IMG/VR virus record: IMGVR_UViG_3300020573_000227
Location: 1 to 64,000 of that record
Length of the DNA stretch: 64,000 bases
Strand: one strand, 5' to 3'
Source of the DNA: a virus
Each line of letters starts with the position of its first letter. Position 1 is the stretch's first letter. Made by a program: the position numbers and the translations under genes. Below the pieces are notes generated by a model. That model was not told the DNA's origin. It made no database searches and worked only from the letters and a program-made list of their open reading frames with translations. Positions 49,836 through 58,662 of the stretch are shown piece after piece.

Positions 49836-50147
49836 TTACCACTTAGGTGCCTCTTCCTTAAACTCGTCACCTTCTTTCTTTTTTACAGGAGCTGGTTTTT
49901 CTTTAACTGTTTCTTTTTCTTTAATAATTACAGTCTTACCACCACCCGCCGATTGTTGTTGAGTTTGTGAATTTGTAATGTTAATTACTGGTGCCGCTTG
50001 TACTGGTGCCGGTTCTGCCTTATCACCACCACCTAAAAGTGTTGATAACCATACTCCCGCCGCGGTCACTAATGTTCCTGCAACCCCAATTATTGTCTTT
50101 TTTAAACCCGACCAAGTTCCTTCTGATTGTTCTACTTCTTCTGACAT
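49836..50147 (-). CDS. Single-TM membrane protein
   Basis: One hydrophobic helix, then PVINIT...KTVIIKE. Confidence 0.6.
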   Translation of the reverse strand: MSEEVEQSEGTWSGLKKTIIGVAGTLVTAAGVWLSTLLGGGDKAEPAPVQAAPVINITNSQTQQQSAGGGKTVIIKEKETVKEKPAPVKKKEGDEFKEEAPKW

Positions 50148-50185
50148 TGTATTTGTTTTTAGTTTTTTAGTTTATTTTATTAATA

Positions 50186-50905
50186 TTACGCACCCAATGC
50201 TTTACTGAATCCATTAGGACAAGTTCTAGTACATATCAAATCTGCTATAATAGGTGCTACTGCAGTTCCGATTGCAATACCAACTCCAGCAGGGGTAGCC
50301 CATAATGCCGCCGAATCTAAACTATGATAGATACAATTTGAACATACGTTTCTTAATAATTCTGAATCAATATTTTCACCAACACCAGGTATTGATAAAA
50401 ATCCATCTGCCACTATTACACCCATTGCCGTTGATACCGCCATTTTAGCTGCCGTATCTGCAATGTAAAGAACAGGCGTAGCCATCAACGATAATGTAGT
50501 TGAAGTTGCCGCTCCAGCAGGTTGTGCTGGTGTAAATGCCGCAACAACACCGGCAGAGATTAGTGCGGTTATTGCTATATTACAAGCGTTTTCGTCCGCC
50601 CAGTTATATGCCATCACAGCACCATCTTTTACCACTTCATATCCCTCTTTAACACCAGATTCTATTTGATTTCCAACATTAATAAGTACCGGCATAACTT
50701 CTTCTTCCCATTCTCTACCTACCACATCTTCAACTCTATGATTTATTTCAGGATGGTCGTGAATGTATCTTATTGCTTTATTGGTTAATCCCCACGTATC
50801 ACACGCCGAACAAGGTCCATCTCCTCCGAATCCATACCATCTTACATAGTTATCACCACAATCCGAGCGATGATAAACAACTCCGTCTCCGTTTCTGTCT
50901 GCCAT
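50186..50905 (-). CDS. Cys-rich protein with hydrophobic Ala/Gly-rich helices
   Basis: 239 aa, no obvious signal peptide. Confidence 0.55.
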   Translation of the reverse strand: MADRNGDGVVYHRSDCGDNYVRWYGFGGDGPCSACDTWGLTNKAIRYIHDHPEINHRVEDVVGREWEEEVMPVLINVGNQIESGVKEGYEVVKDGAVMAYNWADENACNIAITALISAGVVAAFTPAQPAGAATSTTLSLMATPVLYIADTAAKMAVSTAMGVIVADGFLSIPGVGENIDSELLRNVCSNCIYHSLDSAALWATPAGVGIAIGTAVAPIIADLICTRTCPNGFSKALGA

Positions 50906-50925
50906 AATTTTTATTTTTTAATTTT

Positions 50926-51306
50926 TTAGTTTATTTTATTGAAATCTGTTATTCCTAATTGTTTATTGTTAGAATCGAATAACCCTATTCTATATGCTGA
51001 TGATGGTAACGCGTTAGTGTATACCTTTAAAAGATTATCACCCGCAACTACATTCATCGTTTCTTTAGATACTACTCTGTTTGAAATGTCGAATATTTTA
51101 ACCGTCACTGAACCCGCAGTTTCGGTTTTAACATTCATTGCCACCTCAGAGGTTACAAAAACAGTTTGTAATTTAATACCGACTGAATTTGTCATTTTAA
51201 GATCTTCCGATATCGATTGAGGGGCGGGTAAAATATCGTCCTTATAACATCCTGTTAAAATTGTGGATACCAATACTAATAAGAGAATCTTTTTCATTTT
51301 TGTCAT
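50926..51306 (-). CDS. Lipoprotein consisting of a T9SS C-terminal-domain-like fold
   Basis: LTG-C lipobox; VTVKIFDISNRVV...GDN...LPSSAYRI. Confidence 0.65.
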   Translation of the reverse strand: MTKMKKILLLVLVSTILTGCYKDDILPAPQSISEDLKMTNSVGIKLQTVFVTSEVAMNVKTETAGSVTVKIFDISNRVVSKETMNVVAGDNLLKVYTNALPSSAYRIGLFDSNNKQLGITDFNKIN

Positions 51307-51309
51307 TTT

Positions 51310-51651
51310 TTAATTTACTATTATTGTTGTCTTTTTTAATTCTTTTTTATTCACATCCTCAAGTACTAAATATAAATATCCCTTGGGTAGTGAATTGGTA
51401 TAAATCTTTTTTTCATTTTCACCTATTTGACCAATAAACTTTTCTCGACTTATTACTTGTCCACTATTTTTATCGATTAAAATTAAATAATGTACAGTAT
51501 TAGAGGTTAAATCAAAAAAAATTGATTGACCATTTGTTACACTACTTTCACCCACATTGAATATTTTTTCAACAGGAGGAGTTGGAGTTGGGATATCCAT
51601 CTTAGTACAACCCCATAGTAAAATCACAAATATGAATAGTATTTTTTTCAT
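51310..51651 (-). CDS. Lipoprotein, paralog of 50926-51306 (T9SS-CTD-like)
   Basis: LWG-C lipobox; LIDKNSGQVISRE...GEN...YTNSLPKGYLYL. Confidence 0.6.
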   Translation of the reverse strand: MKKILFIFVILLWGCTKMDIPTPTPPVEKIFNVGESSVTNGQSIFFDLTSNTVHYLILIDKNSGQVISREKFIGQIGENEKKIYTNSLPKGYLYLVLEDVNKKELKKTTIIVN

Positions 51652-51654
51652 ATG

Positions 51655-52548
51655 TTAAAATTGAAAGTTTGTTCCTATCATAAACATTATTGGATTACTC
51701 TTTTTATACCCAACCGATTCACTCAATTTGTCAAAAGTTGTGTTATATCTAATATTAGTATTCAAAATGAACCTTTTAGTTATTTTCCAATCAATAGATG
51801 TTCCATAATATAAGTCCAAATTGAAATCGTCTATATATGCTAAATCCGATTCAGTACCATCTTTAAATACTTTATATACATCACTCATTGCAAATATTTG
51901 TGGTGATATGTTTACTCTTTTTGTTTTAAATGTATATGTGTACATCACCATACCTCTATAACTTATTTCACTTGATGCTGGTATCATTGGGTATATTAAA
52001 TCTTTAAAATCACCATTTTCATCTACCGTATATTTTCCTTCCCACTCACCCTGATAAGTCCCCCAAAATGATTTTGACGCAATTACACTATAACCAAATG
52101 TTCCCCATTTTTTAGTTCTGAATACATCAATGAATGATAGGGTAATATCTTTTTGAAAATCAAAATCGGTTGAGTAAAATGATTGTAATGTTGTTGTTCT
52201 CTTTTCGGTATTTTTACTAAGTCCATAACCCACACCATAGTAGTTCCATATAGGATTTATTGATGCTGCGAATGTATGTCCCCATTGGCCATTCATAGAT
52301 GATTTATTATAACCCAAATTGAGAGTAGTAGATACTTGCTTTCCAATTATACCCACTGAAAGGTTTGACGATGATAGAACATCTTTTGAAAAATTAACAT
52401 AGGATTGTAATATACCCACATCGTTCCAATCATCACTTTCCCCAAATAATTCTTTTGGTGATAGTTGTAATGTATCGGGTTTTTGTATTTGTGCGTTTGT
52501 AACAAATGTTGTCGAAATTAGTGACAGAATTATTATTAGTTTTTTCAT
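51655..52548 (-). CDS. Putative outer-membrane beta-barrel protein
   Basis: Signal peptide ending TNA-Q; amphipathic strands; ends MIGTNFQF. Confidence 0.7.
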   Translation of the reverse strand: MKKLIIILSLISTTFVTNAQIQKPDTLQLSPKELFGESDDWNDVGILQSYVNFSKDVLSSSNLSVGIIGKQVSTTLNLGYNKSSMNGQWGHTFAASINPIWNYYGVGYGLSKNTEKRTTTLQSFYSTDFDFQKDITLSFIDVFRTKKWGTFGYSVIASKSFWGTYQGEWEGKYTVDENGDFKDLIYPMIPASSEISYRGMVMYTYTFKTKRVNISPQIFAMSDVYKVFKDGTESDLAYIDDFNLDLYYGTSIDWKITKRFILNTNIRYNTTFDKLSESVGYKKSNPIMFMIGTNFQF

Positions 52549-54842
52549 TAGTTCATTTTTACTTTTAATTGTGTTCCATTCTTATTGACGGCATCAGTTG
52601 TTGATATTGAAGTTAAACCCAAAGTACCACTCAATCCTATTAATGGTAAAAATGTTATTTTATATTCTGTTGTTTTATCCAATGATGTTGAACCATCAGT
52701 AATCAATGAACCTAATGTTATTGATGAACCTCTATTAGTTCCAAAATTGGTAGGAGTTCCCTTTGTGGTGAATTCTACCTTTTCAAACTTTAATGCTGTG
52801 TTATCATAGTTTAAGTTAAATTGAGTACCAACTACCTCTTGTTGTAAAGGGTCTACCGAAATCGTTACTACTAATTTACCTTCAACATTTTCACCTATTA
52901 GGTACGCATTGATTTGATTAGGGATTGAATTGGTACTCAAACTCATAGTTCTAATAGAATTACCAGCAACGCCGGTCGCACTTTGTTGTGCGGAATGAGA
53001 TAGGTTTACATCACCCAACCACGTTACACTTATATTGTATGTGTTATTTAAACTACCTAATGTAAATGGAATTAAGTTACGAGTTGAATTGAATTTAGTT
53101 GCCCAATTTGATGTTGTTACCCCATCATAATCTGATTTGTTATACAACTTCATTAAATAAGTTAATGCGGTAGATTGTGAAAGTGATTGAACACCTGTAA
53201 GATGTTGTAATAGTCTGTAGGTATCTGCTTCATTGAATATACCATTACCATCCACATCTGCATTTAAATACTGAATACCATTTGTAAATTCTAATCCACT
53301 TTGGTTTCCAAATAATCCACCATTTGATAATTCTTTAAATGCAATGAATACATCCGATACAGTTACAATACTATTATATAAACTATTTAACTCCGTTTGA
53401 TTTGAATGTGTCAATTCCATTCCATGTGGTTTGTATGATAATACCGGTGAGAAACTAAATTCAGCTCTCGTTCCATACCAGCCATCTTGTAATCTTAATT
53501 GAGCTTGAAATGTAGATGAAGTTATTTTGGTTGTCAAATTACCAGGCATTATATAGGTTTTCCAAAAACCACTTACACTATGAACACTAACTGGTCCATC
53601 GTATATATCAAATAATTTAATTGATGTTACATTGTTTGGGGATACTCCTGTTCCATCAAATTCTCTTTCATCTATTAATAATTGATGTCCACCTAAATTG
53701 GCATCATATGGATTTATTATTGCCCATTCAACTTGTCCGGCAGATGTTGTTGCTCTAATCCCACCACCTGAAACCTTTGCAGTATCCAACAAACTTGTCA
53801 AATCAACTTTACCTAAACCACTTAATTGTCTAGCAGTTCCGTTTACTATATTCCAATTGTTATTTGTATATGTGTACCCTTTTGCTGTGAATTTAGTTTC
53901 ATCCACATTAGTTCCGAAATCAACATTAAATGAAGCTCTCAATACTTCTCCGTTTGAGTGAGTCACACTGTTAGTATAAAATTCAGTAAAGGTTGCATCA
54001 TCGGGGTTAGTCCACGTTCCAAATTCAACTACATAAGCACAACTAAAATGATTAGGTAAATCGTTCCATTGAGAACCTCCTCCCCATTTAGTTACCGCAT
54101 AATCTTCGTTACCACTATTGTTTGGTTCTCCCGGTGCCCAGTTATTATATTGACCAGGAATGTTTCCGTTTAGTTGTCCGTTATTTATTTTAATTAAAGT
54201 TCCCTTTTCAGGTCCGGCATCTATTGTCCATCTAGCTTCCTCTACTTCATCCGTCAATGCAAACCAAATACTAGATTGTGGAACATTAGCAAATATAAAA
54301 GCATCCTCCGAAGCGGATGTTATTGTTACTAAATATCCTTGCTGGCCTTTGAATGTTTGTTGAGATGATAATGTTCTTGCGTTCGTATAGGTTGCTCCCG
54401 TTGCTATTGGTCTATAAAAGTGTCCATTGACACCATTGTAAAAATAACCAACAGGGTTTACAGTTGCGGCTACCGATAATTGAACATTACCAATTACCGA
54501 ACCCGTATTTATTTTTAGGGATGCTAATGCAGTATTAATATCTGCCATCGTTCCATTTACCACCAAACGAGTTTTATTACCTGTTAAAGTAAATCCACTT
54601 GCGGCGGTTAAACCTGTTGTTGTGGTTAGATAAAATGTGGTATTTGTCGATGGATTTATTAAACTGATTGATGCTAACAAAGTCGATGTTGTACTAAATC
54701 CACTTAATTGGAATCCACTTCCATCTTGTGCAGTTGTGGACGGTATAAACGATTTAGAGTCCGGAGCAGATACACTCTGTCCGAACCCTAAAAATGAAAT
54801 TAGTAAAAAACATATTACTAATAGTTTCTTCATATTACTCAA
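52548..54842 (-). CDS. Secreted modular protein: C-type lectin domain, dockerin-like repeat, C-terminal cohesin-like domain
   Basis: NGHFY...GYLVTITSASE...YNNWAPGEPNN...EDY...WNDL (CTLD); ADVDGNGIFNEADTYRLLQHL (dockerin-like); VVGTQFNLNYDNTALKF (cohesin-like). Confidence 0.75.
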   Translation of the reverse strand: MSNMKKLLVICFLLISFLGFGQSVSAPDSKSFIPSTTAQDGSGFQLSGFSTTSTLLASISLINPSTNTTFYLTTTTGLTAASGFTLTGNKTRLVVNGTMADINTALASLKINTGSVIGNVQLSVAATVNPVGYFYNGVNGHFYRPIATGATYTNARTLSSQQTFKGQQGYLVTITSASEDAFIFANVPQSSIWFALTDEVEEARWTIDAGPEKGTLIKINNGQLNGNIPGQYNNWAPGEPNNSGNEDYAVTKWGGGSQWNDLPNHFSCAYVVEFGTWTNPDDATFTEFYTNSVTHSNGEVLRASFNVDFGTNVDETKFTAKGYTYTNNNWNIVNGTARQLSGLGKVDLTSLLDTAKVSGGGIRATTSAGQVEWAIINPYDANLGGHQLLIDEREFDGTGVSPNNVTSIKLFDIYDGPVSVHSVSGFWKTYIMPGNLTTKITSSTFQAQLRLQDGWYGTRAEFSFSPVLSYKPHGMELTHSNQTELNSLYNSIVTVSDVFIAFKELSNGGLFGNQSGLEFTNGIQYLNADVDGNGIFNEADTYRLLQHLTGVQSLSQSTALTYLMKLYNKSDYDGVTTSNWATKFNSTRNLIPFTLGSLNNTYNISVTWLGDVNLSHSAQQSATGVAGNSIRTMSLSTNSIPNQINAYLIGENVEGKLVVTISVDPLQQEVVGTQFNLNYDNTALKFEKVEFTTKGTPTNFGTNRGSSITLGSLITDGSTSLDKTTEYKITFLPLIGLSGTLGLTSISTTDAVNKNGTQLKVKMN

Positions 54843-56487
54843 TGGTTAAATCAACTTTATTTCCTTTCGCGTCAACAGCATCCGATAAAACAAAGTAGAA
54901 TAAACCCGCGGTATTTGTTAAAGTTGTCTTTGGTGTAAAAATTAATTTATACGGTGTACCAACTTTAATTCTTGCAGTTTTAGTTTGATCAATAGAACCA
55001 AACGTTAATCTGCTACCTTCATGTGTTGTGAAGTTAGTGATTGTAGAACCAGCATCAAATATTACATTATCCAAACTTAATTTTGAATCATCATAATTCA
55101 TGATAACTTGTAACCCCGCCAATTCTGCTCTTGTTAAAGTGGTTGTTAATACAACCTTACCATTTTCTAACGTTGATGACACACCAAGTTTAGCGATTTC
55201 TACAGCTTCTGTTTTATATGCCATAGATGTTGACATACTCATAGTTTTTAATGTGTTAACTTCGCCATTTACTGAATTAGTATATAAACCAGAACTTATT
55301 CTGCTAGCAATTACTGCTGGATCAGATGAATGTGACCAGTTTAGATCACCACCCCATGCAAATACTGCATGTACTTCTTTTATTGGTGTGTCAATTAAAA
55401 CTCTATTCTTAACCACACCGTCTAACCAACTTTGATTTAATAAACCACTGTACCATCTTACTGATGTTGAAGTTGACGTTGGTATCATTGCTGTTGTTGA
55501 CATATTTTGACCCATTACGTGCGCAAATAATGCGTATGAATCTGCTTCTCCAAATGGATTGTTACCTAAACTAACTTTACCAACTTTCTTTTCTAATGCT
55601 GGTAATGTAAAGAAGTTAGCGGTTCCACCAATATCTGTTTGTGAATGACCTAAAAACGCTTTATAAGCATCTGATACAGTTATAATATTGTTCATCCATG
55701 TTTTAGTCATTGAAGGCGCAACAAATAGACCAACCGAATCACCTACTTTAACCTGTGTTGTAAAAAGAACTTCACCACTAGCATCTAATGGTAATTGTGC
55801 AATAGGTTGTTGTGACCAATCAATATCACCACTACCATCTGATTTCAATTTCATTAATTGAACATTATGATCTGTGATTGCATATCCCTGTGGAAATAAT
55901 ACTTTAACTTTAAATTGTGATGTGTTACCAACAACACCTGTTAAAGATGACCAACCAGCACCATTTATGGTTCCAACATTCGTACCAGTTGTATCAGTAC
56001 CTGTTGCTAAATCCAATCTGAAAATATTGTTATAAGTATTTTGATCTTTTAAGATATACTTTTGTGTTGCGATTAATCCATTAATAGATTGATCTGCTCT
56101 TTGAACAGTCAATTGACCAACATTCCAATCAGCATTTACAGCATAATTCCATGGTGTTAAACCATATTGAACATTTAAATCATTATCACTTGCACCACTG
56201 TTTGGTGTGAATTTATAGTTATTCCAACCAGTGTAGAAAGTTTGTGCAGATGTTCCTTGGTTAAAAGCTGTTGAAACATATGTTAACGCTTTATTATTAA
56301 ACTGATATCTAAACCAAATATAACGTGGGTTCTTTATTACAGTACCTTTTGTTAAATTATATCTAACAGTAATAGTATCACCAACCTTTAATCCACTTGC
56401 TGGTGTTAAAGATTGACTTATTGTTAGTTGAGCAAACGATGTAAAAGCAATCAATAAAAAGAATCCAAGAGAGAGTAGTTTTTTCAT
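54835..56487 (-). CDS. Secreted modular protein with N- and C-terminal cohesin-like domains and a degenerate dockerin-like segment
   Basis: GDTITV...FRYQFNNKAL; ITVSDAYKAF; WGGDLNWSHS; LAGLQVIMNYDDSKL. Confidence 0.65.
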   Translation of the reverse strand: MKKLLSLGFFLLIAFTSFAQLTISQSLTPASGLKVGDTITVRYNLTKGTVIKNPRYIWFRYQFNNKALTYVSTAFNQGTSAQTFYTGWNNYKFTPNSGASDNDLNVQYGLTPWNYAVNADWNVGQLTVQRADQSINGLIATQKYILKDQNTYNNIFRLDLATGTDTTGTNVGTINGAGWSSLTGVVGNTSQFKVKVLFPQGYAITDHNVQLMKLKSDGSGDIDWSQQPIAQLPLDASGEVLFTTQVKVGDSVGLFVAPSMTKTWMNNIITVSDAYKAFLGHSQTDIGGTANFFTLPALEKKVGKVSLGNNPFGEADSYALFAHVMGQNMSTTAMIPTSTSTSVRWYSGLLNQSWLDGVVKNRVLIDTPIKEVHAVFAWGGDLNWSHSSDPAVIASRISSGLYTNSVNGEVNTLKTMSMSTSMAYKTEAVEIAKLGVSSTLENGKVVLTTTLTRAELAGLQVIMNYDDSKLSLDNVIFDAGSTITNFTTHEGSRLTFGSIDQTKTARIKVGTPYKLIFTPKTTLTNTAGLFYFVLSDAVDAKGNKVDLTIE

Positions 56488-56491
56488 TTTT

Positions 56492-57142
56492 TTATTTTTT
56501 ATCCATTAATTTATTTATTAATTTTTCACTAGCCTTTTTGAGGGCATTACTCAAAGATGTTTGATTAAATGACCCTCCTTCGTCAACAATAAGAGTTGAC
56601 ATAGAAACTTCAGATGATGATTCTTCAACAACAAATTCCTTTTCTTTTTTACCGTCTTTTGTTAATGTCCCCTTCAATCTAATAACCACTTCTTCCTGAT
56701 TAGAATGGAAAACAGATATGTTCTTCTTTGTTGTAAGAACATCTAAATAAACAATTTGTACTTTTAATTTGTAAGGAGATGATTCGGATAAGTCGTAACC
56801 CTTTTCTTGTAAAAACTCCTCTAAGATGTTTTTAACTCCGAATGCTAAATTTCTATTACCTGCCAATTTACCAATCTTAACTTCATTTGTCACACTTTCA
56901 ACCCAAATGTGGTCTTCAGCATTATACCAAATATTTTCGGGAGAGTTTTTGAATGTACCATCGATTCGCCATTCAATCCAATTTACAATGTTTCTTTGTA
57001 ATTCATGTTTACCAGAAAGTTCTAAATAAACGAAGAATAATTGAAAACAAAGGGCGAACGCAATCCAAAACCCGACTAATGATAAAAATACCATAGCAAG
57101 TTTGTCGCCGATGTTAATTGTAAGTGATTTGATTTTTTCCAT
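56492..57142 (-). CDS. Membrane-anchored protein, possibly CsgG/LptE-like alpha/beta fold
   Basis: N-terminal TM helix; AFGVKNILEEFL...FNQTSLSNALKKASEKL resembles the C-terminus of 47973-48692. Confidence 0.5.
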   Translation of the reverse strand: MEKIKSLTINIGDKLAMVFLSLVGFWIAFALCFQLFFVYLELSGKHELQRNIVNWIEWRIDGTFKNSPENIWYNAEDHIWVESVTNEVKIGKLAGNRNLAFGVKNILEEFLQEKGYDLSESSPYKLKVQIVYLDVLTTKKNISVFHSNQEEVVIRLKGTLTKDGKKEKEFVVEESSSEVSMSTLIVDEGGSFNQTSLSNALKKASEKLINKLMDKK

Positions 57143-57340
57143 AAAGTTCTAAGTTTTTTGTTACTCACTCAGAACCACATATGAATATGATATGTAATGT
57201 ATGAGAGAGATACATTTATTTTTTGTCTGTTTATAAATACTATTGATTTGAACTACCGATGAAAGTCCCACATTATTTTTTTAAAAAATATTTTGTTTTA
57301 TCTAAAAATGATGTTATATTAGACATATAATTATAAAAAT

Positions 57341-58120
57341 ATGAGTAATTTTAAACATCTTACAGATTTAGAAATCCAACAAATGACATTTGATTGGAGA
57401 TACCGTGGATTTACAACACTTGAACTTTTAACCGAAGAAGAATGTGATGAAATCAACGAGGAACTTGAACGTTTACGTCAAGAAAGAAAAGGTACAACCA
57501 CACAAGACGGTAAAGAGTGGGGTGAATGGGATCCATTTGCTTATCCTCATAAATTATCAGATAAATTGGAAAAATTATTTGCTCACCCTAAGTTAATCGA
57601 GGCTTGTGAGTTTTTAATGGAAGGTGAACTTGTTGGTATGCAAAGTTGGGCATATTTTAAACCACCAGGACAATTGGGTCGTGACCAACACCAAAATGCG
57701 TTCTATACAGGTTGTAAACATAATGAAATCATCAACACCGCACTTGCGTTAGATAACCATGATTCTGGTAATGGTTCCGTGTGGAACTATGAAGGTTCAC
57801 ATAGATTACAAACTCTACCAATTGAGATTGATGAGGAAAGAGCTAAAACAAACCCATCTTTTTGGAGAAATGAAAGAGGTAAACCATGTATTATGCCTGA
57901 AGGACATGACTTCCGTAAAGTTGAGGGTATCTTGAAAAAGGGTCAGGTTGTGTTATTACACTCACACTGTGTACACGGGTCGGAAGCTAACACTTCGAAT
58001 AGAATGAGAAGAAACTTCTTGGGTGGATTCTTAAAGAAAGGAGCATATTACAATCAAGGAAGTCATATGAAACGTGAACCTATTGATATGTACGAATTGA
58101 GAGATAAACACTGGAAATAA
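57341..58120 (+). CDS. Phytanoyl-CoA dioxygenase (PhyH)-family 2OG-Fe(II) oxygenase
   Basis: FKPPG...HQN...ALD...NG...GSH...KGQVVLLH...HGS..N.S..R. Confidence 0.85.
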   Translation: MSNFKHLTDLEIQQMTFDWRYRGFTTLELLTEEECDEINEELERLRQERKGTTTQDGKEWGEWDPFAYPHKLSDKLEKLFAHPKLIEACEFLMEGELVGMQSWAYFKPPGQLGRDQHQNAFYTGCKHNEIINTALALDNHDSGNGSVWNYEGSHRLQTLPIEIDEERAKTNPSFWRNERGKPCIMPEGHDFRKVEGILKKGQVVLLHSHCVHGSEANTSNRMRRNFLGGFLKKGAYYNQGSHMKREPIDMYELRDKHWK

Positions 58121-58174
58121 TTTCGAATATTCGTATTTATTTCTTACCTTTGTTTAAACAATAAGGATATTAAA

Positions 58175-58303
58175 ATGGCGAAAGCACCGAGAACATCTAA
58201 AAGGGTTGGTAAAGTGGCGAGTAAAGCATTAAGAAGTAAAAAAACCAGTAAGACGACGAAAACACTTGCGGGAAGTTCTTTAAGACAACGGAGAAGAAAA
58301 TAA
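58175..58303 (+). CDS. 42-aa highly basic small protein (not in ORF track)
   Basis: MAKAPRTSKRVGKVASKALRSKKTSKTTKTLAGSSLRQRRRK*; TACCTTTG -7 box at 58145 and TAAGGA at 58162. Confidence 0.65.
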   Translation: MAKAPRTSKRVGKVASKALRSKKTSKTTKTLAGSSLRQRRRK

Positions 58304-58400
58304 AATATTGGTTGATTGGGATTTAACGGGGCTAGCAATAGCGAGAAACGCCAATCATAAAAACAGATGTCCACACCCCCATCTTCTGTTTTCCATAGTA

Positions 58401-58472
58401 GCCTCTTAAGCATTGCAGGCGATGCGCATGACTTGTAATCATGATAACTCGGTTCGATTCCGGGCGGAGGCT
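58401..58472 (+). tRNA. trnT: tRNA-Thr(UGU)
   Basis: CATGA-CTTGTAA-TCATG anticodon arm; CTCGG-TTCGATT-CCGGG T arm; one acceptor mismatch. Confidence 0.85.
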
Positions 58473-58662
58473 CAACAGGTGACGACGGTGGTGGAACCCC
58501 ACTGTCTATAAATCTCAACACCCGCCTTGATTCGCGGTATTATAGCGGTGAGAGTAGAGTTACTACAAGTCGGGAGTAATTAACCCAATGACGAAAGTGT
58601 AACCACAGATATAGAGATATATTTGTTATGATGTACGAAAGGGTACGAAAAACCTGTAATTT

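Noticed and set aside
58144-58521. 125-aa minus-strand ORF, plus ORFs 59908-60123, 59960-60145 and 60307-60588
   Set aside because: They overlap tRNA genes; shadow ORFs
58626-58657. Hammerhead-like ATGATGTAC-GAAAG-GGTAC-GAAA
   Set aside because: Lacks the CUGANGA core and a convincing stem I/cleavage triplet
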